The translations under genes and the position numbers were made by a program. From positions 1,952,001 through 2,016,000 of the forward strand of contig OZ250186.1 in the NCBI GenBank assembly GCA_965238275.1: 64,000 nucleotides of DNA, read 5' to 3'. Position 1 is the stretch's first letter. Every line of letters begins with the position of its first letter. The notes beneath the pieces are model-generated. The model saw only the letters and a program-made list of their open reading frames with translations, made no database searches and had not been told where the DNA came from. The stretch is from Nitrosopumilus sp. (GTDB taxonomy: Archaea > Thermoproteota > Nitrososphaeria > Nitrososphaerales > Nitrosopumilaceae). Positions 9,405 to 19,385 of the stretch are shown piece after piece.

Positions 9405-10516
9405 CCCTCCTCCAGCACCAGCACCGTCGATGACGTCGCGGCAGCCGACATGTTGTGGACCAGTCCGACGCGCGCATCCTCAACCTGTCTGGGCCCTGCC
9501 CTTGCCTGGAGCTGCCGTGCAATCTCCACTGTCTGGGCTATCCCGGTGGCCCCAAGCGGATGCCCCGCCCCGATCAGGCCCCCGCGCGGATTAACCGTAA
9601 AGCTGCCGGTATCATACGCCTCCTGTATCATCCCAAGACCCGCCCCTTTTTTTGCAAGCCCCGTGGATTCCAGTGCCAGGGGTTCGCAGACGGAGAATGC
9701 GTCATGCACCTCTGCCACGTCGATATCTTGTATGTCGCAGCCTGCCATCTCCAGGGCGTGATGTGCTGCATCCCTTGTCGATTCCAGGGAGTCAAACGAG
9801 GAATTCCCTCCGAATCCTGCCGACGTGGTCTTTTGTCCAATCCCCCTTATCCACACCGGCGCGTCACATATTCCCCTCATTGCCTCCTCTGAGGCAAGAA
9901 GGATCGAGGCGCCGCCGCTGCACGGCCTGGAGCAGTCCAGCATCCTCAGATCGTCAGTCAGTCTCCGGGATGCTGCCACCTCCTCCCTGGTGTACGTCCT
10001 TTTGGAGAGTGCCTCCGGATTGCCGCGCGCCTGCCTGTGGTTCTTTACCGGCACCACTGCCAGATCCTCGTCTGATACGGCAAACCGCCTCTTGTATGCC
10101 CTGGTAATGATGCTGCCCCAGAATATCGGATGCTTGAACTCCCCCCGGGAACTGTCCCATTCCAGAACCCGTCCGGGACTGTCATGCCTCTCTGCCCCTG
10201 ATACCAGGACAGTCTCTGCCAGGCCTGATGCGATATATGCATACCCCGAGACTATCGAGTTGGTACCAGAGTTGCACAGGTTCTCCACCGAATGGGCGGT
10301 TCGGGGCCTGATTCCCATCGTCTCTGCCAGGATGGGGGCAAGGTACTTTGAGTTGCTGTTTGTGGATACCAGGACGGCATCCACGTCGCCCCTGTCTATG
10401 CCCGGATTATTCACAAACAGGTCTCCTGCAGACTGCTGCAGCAGCACCTCAACCTGTATGTCCTCCATGGTAAACGGCGTCGTCCCGTATCCTGCGATTC
10501 CGACCCTACCTGCCAA
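9401..10516 (-). CDS. thiolase-family protein (archaeal acetyl-CoA acetyltransferase)
   Basis: ENLCNSG, EVHDAF, NPRGGLIGAGHPLGATG. Confidence 0.92.
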   Translation of the reverse strand: MAGRVGIAGYGTTPFTMEDIQVEVLLQQSAGDLFVNNPGIDRGDVDAVLVSTNSNSKYLAPILAETMGIRPRTAHSVENLCNSGTNSIVSGYAYIASGLAETVLVSGAERHDSPGRVLEWDSSRGEFKHPIFWGSIITRAYKRRFAVSDEDLAVVPVKNHRQARGNPEALSKRTYTREEVAASRRLTDDLRMLDCSRPCSGGASILLASEEAMRGICDAPVWIRGIGQKTTSAGFGGNSSFDSLESTRDAAHHALEMAGCDIQDIDVAEVHDAFSVCEPLALESTGLAKKGAGLGMIQEAYDTGSFTVNPRGGLIGAGHPLGATGIAQTVEIARQLQARAGPRQVEDARVGLVHNMSAAATSSTVLVLEEG

Positions 10517-11471
10517 GAAACGTCTCCACCAGCAGATTAAACGACTCCATGGTATTGTCTCCAACCGGATTGAACTGGATTATGGGCAGGTCCATTCCCG
10601 TCTCCCTGAACCTGGCAAGCTGCCTCCTGCACTCCTTGGGGGTTCCATATATGGCAAGTTCGCTTAGCATGGAGTCCGGTACCAGCCTGTGGTTTGTCTT
10701 GAACCCAGTCCTCTTGAACTCGCCATATATCCCTGCAGTCTCGCGCTCATACCCACAGCGTCCAAGAAACTCGCGGTACACCCTTCCCACCGAGATGTAA
10801 AACGCCAGGGTTCTTTTTGCCCTGGCAATTGCAGCCTCCGAATCCTCCGAGACGCATGTGATTATCTGGCATGCCACGTCAATCTCCCCCTTTGGGCGCA
10901 TCTGCCGTATGGTATCCCTCATCTCCTCCAGCGGCCTGAGATAGAATATCACCCCGTCTCCAACCTCCCATGCCAGGTTTACCATCCCCTGGTTGACGGC
11001 AGCCAGGTATATGGGAATCCTTCTCTTGGGGCGGACCAGCAGCTCAAAGTTCTTCAGGTGGAATGCCTGCCCAGAGTGGTTTATCGGATCCCCTGACAGT
11101 GCCTTTCTGATCACCCCGACATACTCCCTCATCCGCTGCAGGGGGCGCCTGAACCCGTATCCGTGAAGATCCTCCACTATGGGCATGCTGCTGGTGCCCA
11201 GCCCCAGAACCATCCTCTGGCCGGATAGTGCGTCTGCGGTGGCTGCCCCCATGGCAATCAGCGCAGGGCTCCTTGAGTATATGTTGATTATCGAGGAGCC
11301 TATCCTCTGCGAGGTCGTGACGCCGGATACTGCCCCGAGCATTGCAAAGTTCTCCATCCCCCATGTCTCCGGAATCCATATGGTGTCTACGTGCGTGCCT
11401 GACAGTATCCGGGAACACTCCATCACCTGGTCCACTGTCAGCAGGGATCCAAGGCTGCATGAAATCCGCAT
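10506..11471 (-). CDS. LLM-class F420-dependent oxidoreductase
   Basis: IWIPETWG, NIYSRSPALIAMGAAT, LGLGTS, IPIYLAA. Confidence 0.9.
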   Translation of the reverse strand: MRISCSLGSLLTVDQVMECSRILSGTHVDTIWIPETWGMENFAMLGAVSGVTTSQRIGSSIINIYSRSPALIAMGAATADALSGQRMVLGLGTSSMPIVEDLHGYGFRRPLQRMREYVGVIRKALSGDPINHSGQAFHLKNFELLVRPKRRIPIYLAAVNQGMVNLAWEVGDGVIFYLRPLEEMRDTIRQMRPKGEIDVACQIITCVSEDSEAAIARAKRTLAFYISVGRVYREFLGRCGYERETAGIYGEFKRTGFKTNHRLVPDSMLSELAIYGTPKECRRQLARFRETGMDLPIIQFNPVGDNTMESFNLLVETFLGR

Positions 11472-11939
11472 GAATGCTGTACGGCCATGCCATATTCTAG
11501 TGTATGGGAATCATGCCCGGAAACCCACACCACCAGATGATGCCAAGATGCCATCTGATGCCTTGTCCTTTTCTGAGGCCCCCGCAGGCTCCGCCGGATT
11601 GGATTCTCCTCTGATCTCCCCTGGGGCGGCATGCCAAACGTGCAGGCCCGGTTCCCTTGCAGGAGCCGATGCCGGCTTTTTGCATGTGCGCGGCATGGTA
11701 CCTGATGCCATACCCTGAATGTTCAGTTGTTTTAGCAACAGGTAAATTTTGATTGAGGCTGGGTATTATCATATTCTGAATGGAACAGTAGACATGAGCG
11801 AACAGATTGTCGGTAAGGGCCCACACGGCCATGCATTCTGGCAGGATGTTGCAGTATACGCATCAAGCACCACTGATGAGGGATTCGTTGAAGAGATGGC
11901 ATACATGATAGTCACGCTGTACCGAACAGGTGCCTGATA

Positions 11940-12602
11940 CTATACCGTTTTCATTCTTGATGCGCACTCTTCTATGTCCTTGAATGAGTCTATCGAGTAC
12001 CACCAGACGTCCCTGAACTTTACCGTGCCCAGCCTGCCTCTTCTGGCGTACTCTGGAAAGAGCGTCCTTTCTATGTCCCCGACGTCTGGCAGATCCCCTG
12101 CTATGTCCCTTTGAAGATGGTATATCCCGGCATTCATCCACATGTCGTGAATCCGGCCCTTCTCCTTGAATCCCGTTATGGTGTTGCCGTCTGTCTCCAG
12201 TATGCCAAACCCCGTCTTCAATTCGACTGAGGCCACGGCGTTGGGTACCCCGATGATCCTCTCCAGGTTGATATCTGTCAGGACGTCGCCGTTCATTACC
12301 AGAAACGACTCGCCTGCAACCCTGTCTGCTGCCCTCTTGATGGCGCCGCCGGTACCGAGGGGGGACTCTTCCACTGAGAACCTTACGTTGATCCCCATGT
12401 CCTTGGCGTGCATGTGGTTCTCTATCATTTTGGACTTGTATCCCGTGCAGACTATCACGTCTGCTATCCCGTATTCCTTGAGGTATCTCATCTGCCATTC
12501 TATGAGAGGAACGTTCCCTACGGGTACGAGGGGCTTTGGGACATAGTCTGTAACGGGCCTGAGCCTCTTACCGCGTCCCCCTGCCAGTATTATTGCATCC
12601 AA
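11940..12602 (-). CDS. sugar-phosphate nucleotidyltransferase
   Basis: ILAGGRGKRLRP...PKPLVP, LGTGGA, NGDV. Confidence 0.92.
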   Translation of the reverse strand: MDAIILAGGRGKRLRPVTDYVPKPLVPVGNVPLIEWQMRYLKEYGIADVIVCTGYKSKMIENHMHAKDMGINVRFSVEESPLGTGGAIKRAADRVAGESFLVMNGDVLTDINLERIIGVPNAVASVELKTGFGILETDGNTITGFKEKGRIHDMWMNAGIYHLQRDIAGDLPDVGDIERTLFPEYARRGRLGTVKFRDVWWYSIDSFKDIEECASRMKTV

Positions 12603-12814
12603 CCAGAAATACTCCGTTCCCAGGCTATATCAAAATTTCAGATCATGGCCGGGTGCATGATGGCGTGACGTCGAATCCGGCAGCAATCACTGCTCTGTCA
12701 GGTAGTAGTGCAGCTCCGTATAGCACTCTACACAATAGTCCTCAAAGTCTGTATGGTCGCAGTCATAGACCTTTGCCACGTCTGCACTGCACTTGGCACA
12801 CGTGGGCATGTGCC

Positions 12815-13219
12815 TCAGCCTGCGGCGCGGGATTTTCTTATCTTTATCCCACCCAGTGCCATGATTATGGCGCCGACTGCAATCAGCGCGCCGCCCTCGC
12901 CTACAGCCCTTGCCGTGTTCCCGTCTTCCCCGGCGGCTGCTATGAAGATTCCGCCTCCGATTACAACCAGGACTCCGGTTATTATCAGCATGATGCCAAG
13001 TCCCATAAACGGCGGCTTCTTGGCGATAAAGAATGCAATGAACGACAGGATTATCGGGGGAAATCCGAACCCTATTCCGCGGACCATCCCGTCAAATGGC
13101 AGAAATCCGTCCCCTCCGCCGCCTCCGCCTACCATGACGTCGGCACCATACACCACCAGCAGCACAATTGATATTCCGGACAGCACAATCGGGACAGATA
13201 CCATGTCTGAGATCTTCAC
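12815..13219 (-). CDS. thaumarchaeal 4-TM membrane protein
   Basis: Four hydrophobic helices and a poly-Gly loop. Confidence 0.75.
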   Translation of the reverse strand: MKISDMVSVPIVLSGISIVLLVVYGADVMVGGGGGGDGFLPFDGMVRGIGFGFPPIILSFIAFFIAKKPPFMGLGIMLIITGVLVVIGGGIFIAAAGEDGNTARAVGEGGALIAVGAIIMALGGIKIRKSRAAG

Positions 13220-13288
13220 TATGAATTAATAAACCTACTACGACGGGATTTTCCGACCGGCTTTTAAAGGAAATTCCATCGCAGGGAG

Positions 13289-14653
13289 ATGACTGCGCAG
13301 AAAAGGCCAAAAAAAGGAGACCGCCTGCGCGCGTTTGCCACCGTGAGGTACTGGATTGGGCAGCTGAACGAGAGCGGAATCAAGCACGACATCAGCATTG
13401 CCACAAGCACCAAGGATCTCTACCTGTACCATCTGGTCATGTTCGACGAATGGCTGGCCGGGCGCGAGTTCGACGTGCGGGTGCAAACAGTAGTGGATGG
13501 CAGGATAGTCCGCAAGACCGCCCAAAGGTCGTTTGAGCATGTGGAGGAACTGCTGTATTTCGGGGAGGAAGGCAACGAGAAGGAGGTAAAGAAGATAATC
13601 AGCCAGTACCTGGCGGATCCGCGGCACAGGCACCTGAGACGCTCCACGAAAGTCGGCATGTGCACGGCGATCAAGTCGTACCTTGACGCGCACGACGTGT
13701 TCACGAACGCCAAGATTAACGGGCGCAAGAACGACGAGGCGGAATTCACCGAAGAGCCCGGGCTTGACATCACGGAGTTCTACAAGATGATGACTGCCGG
13801 CAAGATAAACCCGCTGACGCGCGCCGTGATGTTGGTGAAATTCCAAGCTGGGTTGGACTCGTCCACGCTCGCCGACAGGTTCAACTTTTACGCGTACCCG
13901 CAGATAGCAAAATACTGCGGAATCCCCGACCATGAAAAGTGGGATCTTGACAAGTGCCCCGTCCCGATCAGGCTGAGGCGCGTGAAGACCACCATCAAGT
14001 ACACTACGTTCATCGACCGCGATGCCCTGTCCGCAGTCAAGGACTACCTGGCATGGAAGGAGAACCTCCACGGCCCGCACGACCCCGAAGCCCCCATGTT
14101 TACCACCACCAGAGGCAAGCCGATACACGGGAAATGGATCTCGGATGCGTTCAAAAGAGTCGCGAACAGTTCCGGAACCCAAAAGCAGCTGGCACCCGGC
14201 GTCCTCAAACTAAAATCGCACGGCGTGCGGCACCTGCTGAAAAGCACGCTGAAGGCCTGCGGGTGCATGGATTATGCAGCCGACCACATCATCGGGCACG
14301 CGCCCAAGGATCCCTACGACCAGGGGGCAAAATATTACCCAGAGACGTTGAGGCTCGAATACGCCAAGGCGTCGCACAAGATCAACATATTCTCCCACGT
14401 GCAGTCGGTGGTGGACGACCCCGAACCGCCGGGAGGCGCCGATGAGAAACTGAACGACGCCCTGGCCGAGATGAAGGAACTGCGTAGCCAACTCAACGAG
14501 ATAAAGGACGCAAACGAAAAAAGGATCGAGAGGGGGAACGGTTCGACCGCGACGAACGCGACGCTGCGCGAACTGTTGCGCAAACTTTTGGACGGCGACG
14601 GCGATGCCGGCACGGTAAGCGCCATCAGGAAGCACCTGGACGGAACAGAATAG
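13289..14653 (+). CDS. tyrosine recombinase/integrase
   Basis: RLRRVKT (K), SHGVRH (HxxR), IIGHA and downstream Tyr; box I reads FQAGLDSST; C-terminal coiled coil. Confidence 0.88.
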   Translation: MTAQKRPKKGDRLRAFATVRYWIGQLNESGIKHDISIATSTKDLYLYHLVMFDEWLAGREFDVRVQTVVDGRIVRKTAQRSFEHVEELLYFGEEGNEKEVKKIISQYLADPRHRHLRRSTKVGMCTAIKSYLDAHDVFTNAKINGRKNDEAEFTEEPGLDITEFYKMMTAGKINPLTRAVMLVKFQAGLDSSTLADRFNFYAYPQIAKYCGIPDHEKWDLDKCPVPIRLRRVKTTIKYTTFIDRDALSAVKDYLAWKENLHGPHDPEAPMFTTTRGKPIHGKWISDAFKRVANSSGTQKQLAPGVLKLKSHGVRHLLKSTLKACGCMDYAADHIIGHAPKDPYDQGAKYYPETLRLEYAKASHKINIFSHVQSVVDDPEPPGGADEKLNDALAEMKELRSQLNEIKDANEKRIERGNGSTATNATLRELLRKLLDGDGDAGTVSAIRKHLDGTE

Positions 14654-14664
14654 GGCCTTTTATT

Positions 14665-16878
14665 GTAAGAGGTCGCCTTTGCGAAGCGATTTCGTGCCTG
14701 ATCTGCCCCGATTAATTACCAACTGAGCTACGTTTTCGGCCATAAATGCCCATTTAATTGGCATTATTCAGGGTTTTTTCCGGGCGGGGATGAGGCTCGG
14801 CTGAGCTGCATTTTGGCCGATCCGGTGATCGGACTTGCGAAGTGGGCCTTTTTTGGTGCTGTCGGGCGTGGTGCGTTGTGCCCGAATCGGGTGGCGGGCC
14901 GGCACGGCGGCCTGACATGTGTCAGGCAACCGGTGCTGTGGGGGTCGCGCAGGACATGCAGGGCAGCCATGGATGGATTTTGCAGGATTTATACCGTTGC
15001 TGCCCGCTGCTGCTGCTGCCGGTATTTTTTCGACCATGCCTCGCATGTAGTCGACCAAAAAGTCGTGCGGGTTGACGCCGCGCATCCTGCACGTCTCGCG
15101 GATGCTGGCCAGGACGGCGTGGTTGTATGCGCCGGCAAGGCTCTTGCTGCCGCCTGAGACCTTCCGGGATGCGACGCTGGGCCGCAGGGGGCGCTCGGCA
15201 TCGTTGTTATGGCACTTTGTGCTGAGGCGGATGAATGGGAACAGGTGGGTGATCTCGCGCCGCAGCCGCTTGACAAACCGCTTGCAGTGGGGTTCGGTGT
15301 AGCTGCCAGACATCAGGCGCCTCACCCGGGCCAGGAGGTTGCGCACCTTGAGGTTTCGCGCGGCCGCATCGTCGTTCGGGTTGAGTCCCTTCTCTGCGTG
15401 CCAGGAATCGATGATTATCCCCTTTAGGGCCTTGGCAAACTTTTTGAATTCTGGCCCCGGGTTTTTCATGGTCAGGGTGCGGATGATCTCGCGGAGGTAG
15501 TGGTAGTGGCACTTTTGGTGGGTCCTGCCGATGCGGTTCCACGCGGAGTGTGAATCAGAGGTGACGTGGCCTGCGTACCCTCCAAGCAGGGTCTCCAGCA
15601 CGTCTCCTCCCCGGCGCTTGTCCACGTAAAAGACAGTCGAGTTGTCACCGACTAGTATCCACAGCCAGTACAGCACACCGGCTACCCTCCAGCTGGTCTC
15701 GTCCCCGAAGACATGCTCTGAGAAGAATATCTCCTCGAGCATCTCCTCGTAGAGCGGGTGGAGGGATCCTGTCACGGCATCCACGTGGCCGATGACAGTC
15801 GACTTTGCAAGGTCCGTGTGGTAGATTATGTTGATCAGCTTGCGGATGGGTTCGTAGGGAATGTTGTACATCCTCATCGTCGTCTCAAGGCACGTCAGGC
15901 TGGCGCCGAACCGTCCACCGGGGACGACCCCTGGGATCTCGGGGGCAAACTGCCTGCCGCATTCCCTGCAGTACCTGCGGACGACGGTATACTGGATGCC
16001 GGTCAGCTTCCCGTCGATAATCTCCTCGACTACCCGGATGGTCACCTCGGTGGGCTCCTTCGAGAGGGCATGGCCGTGCGGGCAGGCGGGCATGTCAACT
16101 AGCTTTTTTTCGGATATCGGGGGAGGATCACGGCCGGTGCGCAGGCAGACGACCTTCCTGAACGGGTCTGGTGCAGGCCCGGGTGATTCCCGGAGCCGCT
16201 TCTGGGAGCGGCGGCTTTTGATGCCCAGATTCTCGGCTGCCAGCGCCGAGTTGGCCGCGCGCGCCTCCCTTAACTGAGAGGCATGCTCTGATGCCTGCCG
16301 TTCCAGGCGGGCTATCCTGTCCATGACTGCCTGCGAGACGTCGCATCCCTGCAGGAGGGCGGCGTTTTCTGCCCTCAGCTTCTCTATCTCGGAGTCCTTT
16401 TGTTCTATCTCGGAGTCCTTTTGCACGTTCTCTTCTTCCAGCAGTTTGATCCTGGCATCCATCTCCGTCAGCATCGCGTGTTCCCCTGAGAAGGCCTCTG
16501 CCTCCTCCTTCAGCTGCTCGATGTCTTTTCTCAGTGCCATGCTCTCCTCGTCCTTGGATTTGAGCATGTCCAAGACGGATTCGAAGAGGGACTTGGTGTC
16601 GGTTACGGAGTTCCAGTCAATCTTTTCCAGGTCGATTACAGGCGCCACGCCATAACACGGGAAGGCATGATCCATAAAGCTTTTGGGCACGCAGCGCCTG
16701 CCGGAAAATGCGGCGCAAAAGATCCAACCGGAAGAGCCTTGATCCGAAAACCGCCCTGCCTGAGGACCGTGTTGATAACGTGCAATTAATCGGGTATTTA
16801 TGGTCAAAAACGTAGCTCAGTTGGTAATTAATCGGAACAGATCAGGCACGGAATCGCTTCGCAAAGGCGACCTCTTAC
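14665..16878 (-). mobile_element. IS66-family element (single-ORF type) with ~85-bp TIRs
   Basis: GTAAGAGGTCGCCTTTGCGAAGCG... and ...CGCTTCGCAAAGGCGACCTCTTAC; flanks CTTTTATT / CTTTTTTC match only partly. Confidence 0.9.
14768..16675 (-). CDS. IS66-family transposase
   Basis: Coiled coil, CPHG/CREC Zn finger, GDETSW, TSDSH, QKCHYHYLR, HNNDAERPLR; start uncertain. Confidence 0.9.
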   Translation of the reverse strand: MDHAFPCYGVAPVIDLEKIDWNSVTDTKSLFESVLDMLKSKDEESMALRKDIEQLKEEAEAFSGEHAMLTEMDARIKLLEEENVQKDSEIEQKDSEIEKLRAENAALLQGCDVSQAVMDRIARLERQASEHASQLREARAANSALAAENLGIKSRRSQKRLRESPGPAPDPFRKVVCLRTGRDPPPISEKKLVDMPACPHGHALSKEPTEVTIRVVEEIIDGKLTGIQYTVVRRYCRECGRQFAPEIPGVVPGGRFGASLTCLETTMRMYNIPYEPIRKLINIIYHTDLAKSTVIGHVDAVTGSLHPLYEEMLEEIFFSEHVFGDETSWRVAGVLYWLWILVGDNSTVFYVDKRRGGDVLETLLGGYAGHVTSDSHSAWNRIGRTHQKCHYHYLREIIRTLTMKNPGPEFKKFAKALKGIIIDSWHAEKGLNPNDDAAARNLKVRNLLARVRRLMSGSYTEPHCKRFVKRLRREITHLFPFIRLSTKCHNNDAERPLRPSVASRKVSGGSKSLAGAYNHAVLASIRETCRMRGVNPHDFLVDYMRGMVEKIPAAAAAGSNGINPAKSIHGCPACPARPPQHRLPDTCQAAVPARHPIRAQRTTPDSTKKGPLRKSDHRIGQNAAQPSLIPARKKP

Positions 16879-16901
16879 CTTTTTTCACCTTCATACATAA
16901 G

Positions 16902-17350
16902 AGACATAATCCGTAATTGGGCATAACCACGCGATTGGACGCATTGCAGGACAAATCCGGTTGACTGCATGGAATTGCATGTCAATTCGAACTTACCCAA
17001 TGATCAAAACTATACGTCAGTCGTGTTTTATTCTGATTGCCCATATCAAAGCATGTCATTATACGACAAATTAGCAAAAAAGCCCAAACTGTTCATCCGG
17101 TGCACTGGACTGACAGTCTCCGAATTTAATTTGGTGGCAGGGCGGCTGGCAAAAAAATACCCCAAGGCAGAGCAAAAGCGACTCTCCAAAAGAAGCAGGG
17201 TGCGCGGCATTGGTGCCAGACGCAGGTGGAAACTGGATCTGAAAAACAGGTTTCTTCTGGTCCTGTTTTATTACAGGACATACGCCACACAGGATCTTCT
17301 TGCCATGGTGTTTCAGGTGGGCCAGGCCAGCGTGTCCCGCAGCATGGGGG
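16902..17350 (+). mobile_element. 5' fragment of IS5-type element A
   Basis: TIR AGACATAATCCGTAATT; near-identical to the reverse complement of ~33743-34190; breaks off after SVSRSMG. Confidence 0.88.
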
Positions 17351-17446
17351 GCCGGGGCCGCGCGTTCCGCGGGCCGGCATCCGCGCGTGCCTTGCATGCT
17401 GCCAAGGCAAACCAGTTTATAGCCAGAGCCGCCCAACCGAGACATC

Positions 17447-17518
17447 ATGGCCGCCTGTAACCTCTTCCGATTCGATGCGTTCCGGGCCCTGGCCCACTTT
17501 GAGGCAGCCTATGGGTAG
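17447..17518 (+). CDS. putative 23-aa upstream peptide (MAACNLFRFDAFRALAHFEAAYG)
   Basis: TTTATA at 17416-17421, ~26 nt before the ATG (leaderless spacing). Confidence 0.3.
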   Translation: MAACNLFRFDAFRALAHFEAAYG

Positions 17519-17606
17519 CTTGCAGCGTCCTGACGGTTGCGGCCGCGGCGGCGTCCTGCGTGGGGATCCCGCCCCCTCCCCGCGGCGCGAAGGCGGGGGA
17601 AGCGTC

Positions 17607-18392
17607 TTGAGCAAAGCCGTGATCCAGCAGAGGACGGACAGCCACTTCTCAAGGATCGCCCCGAGGTACGGGGACCTGCGGACGACAGACTCTGATCACA
17701 TCCTGCACATAAGGAACCGGCTGCCCAAAAAGTCCCGGATCGTGATGGCAGACGTAGGCTGCGGCGACGGGCGGTACTCGGCGGATCTTCTGAGGTGCCT
17801 GGGGGACGGCTGCTACCTTCACTGCATCGACTTCAACGAGAGCATGATCAGGCACCTGAGGGCCCGCCTGGCGGGCCGCGGCATCCTTAACTTCTGCGCC
17901 GCGCCGGGGGATGCCGGCAAGCTGCCTCTGGAAAACGACACCATGGACTGCATCGTGACGTTCAACGCCATCCACCACTTTGACGTCCAAAGGTTTTTGG
18001 CGGAGGTCTACGGGTGCCTCAAGGACGACGGCCGCGCGTTCATCTACACGCGGCTGCGGAGCCAGAACTCGAGGAACATCTGGGGACGGCACTTCCCGCT
18101 GTTTGCCGAGACCGAGGATCGCCTGTACGAGCTCGACGAGCTGCGGCACGCCGTCAGGAAGGCGGACATGAGGGTCGCCCGTGCCGACGTGTTTGGACAC
18201 GACAGGGCGTCCAGCTTGGCGGACCTCGTAAGCAGGGCAGAAAGCAGCCACTATTCCACGTTCGACCTGTACGGCAGATCCGAGTTCAGAGAGTCACTGG
18301 CCGCGTTCAGGCAGAACCTTGCCGACAACTTTGACGACCTGGACGACATCCGGTGGCGGGACGAGAACATCCTCATCGAGATCAGCAAGTAG
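17607..18392 (+). CDS. class I SAM-dependent methyltransferase
   Basis: MADVGCGDG, CIDFN, GDAGKLP, AIHHF; likely TTG start; visibly higher GC than the flanks. Confidence 0.88.
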   Translation: MSKAVIQQRTDSHFSRIAPRYGDLRTTDSDHILHIRNRLPKKSRIVMADVGCGDGRYSADLLRCLGDGCYLHCIDFNESMIRHLRARLAGRGILNFCAAPGDAGKLPLENDTMDCIVTFNAIHHFDVQRFLAEVYGCLKDDGRAFIYTRLRSQNSRNIWGRHFPLFAETEDRLYELDELRHAVRKADMRVARADVFGHDRASSLADLVSRAESSHYSTFDLYGRSEFRESLAAFRQNLADNFDDLDDIRWRDENILIEISK

Positions 18393-18485
18393 CGCCGCGG
18401 CCGGCCGCTGCGTCGGGGGACGGGTCAGGCACGACCGCGTACCGCCTGCAGGCGGTGCCGCCCGGCTGCAGGACCTGCCACGTAA

Positions 18486-18866
18486 GGGTGTTGGTGGAGC
18501 ACACGATAGGCAGACTCAAGCGCTACGCGCGCCTCACCGACCCGTACGACGGCAACGCAGCCGGGTTCAACAGGGAGTTCAACGTGATCACAGGACTGGT
18601 AAACCTGAATCTTTTGTGGGACTTTATGGAAAAGGGTCCGCCACCGCCAGGGCAGTGGAAGACGTCAGTAGACTGGGACAGGGCCTGCTCCCAGGCTCCG
18701 GTCAAGTAGAATTCAGGGCACGATGAAGTGCTGCAAGGCTGCGCATGCTGTTTTGGATTTTGAGGGGAACGGACTTGTCACATGCCCGACACGAGTAGTT
18801 TTAGGCCGTATTTTTCCGGTTTTTTATGGCAGGGTTGGCAAAATGGATGGATTACGCATATCTTCT
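18486..18866 (+). mobile_element. 3' fragment of IS5-type element B
   Basis: Near-identical to ~32805-33185 including the TIR GGATTACGCATATCTTCT. Confidence 0.88.
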
Positions 18867-19136
18867 ATTAGGCAGATGGGGAAAATTACGTGTAAAGGAC
18901 TATTCGTATCGAGTTGGACAGGGTTTACATTTACCATCCACTAATGATGCATCTTCACGGCCAACGCAACTACCATGTTCGAATTGCAACGTGTCACGTG
19001 CTTGCGCACACACTCTTGAATCACTCTTACACCACATTACACGTTCTGCCATGTTTCATTGCATAACCACTTTTAATTATAGGTTCCTTCCACCGAGTTT
19101 TTCCTGATTTAAATAAAATCCGTCCCATAACAAATC

Positions 19137-19382
19137 ATGGAACTAATGTCCGACGAGCAATGGAAGGTGATTCAGGATGACTCCAAGATGCCATTGCAGG
19201 AACGCGCCGAACTCTTTGCCAAGAGGTGGCTGACAATGACTGATTGGGACAACCTGCAGTCAGAGTTTGCCGCCGTCGCCCAAAAAACACTACATGACGA
19301 TGCAGTCAACACCGTGCTCAAGGCAGGCAACATTCCTTCTGGAATGGAGAAAAGAAGGCCACGCGACATCATGCTGCCGTAA
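19137..19382 (+). CDS. hypothetical protein
   Basis: 81-aa ORF with TTTAAATA upstream. Confidence 0.55.
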   Translation: MELMSDEQWKVIQDDSKMPLQERAELFAKRWLTMTDWDNLQSEFAAVAQKTLHDDAVNTVLKAGNIPSGMEKRRPRDIMLP

Positions 19383-19385
19383 TCA

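Noticed and set aside
17226-17606. N-terminal 127 aa of the 388-aa ORF as a transposase-methyltransferase fusion
   Set aside because: It is out of frame with transposase A and low in complexity; the real gene most likely starts at TTG 17607.
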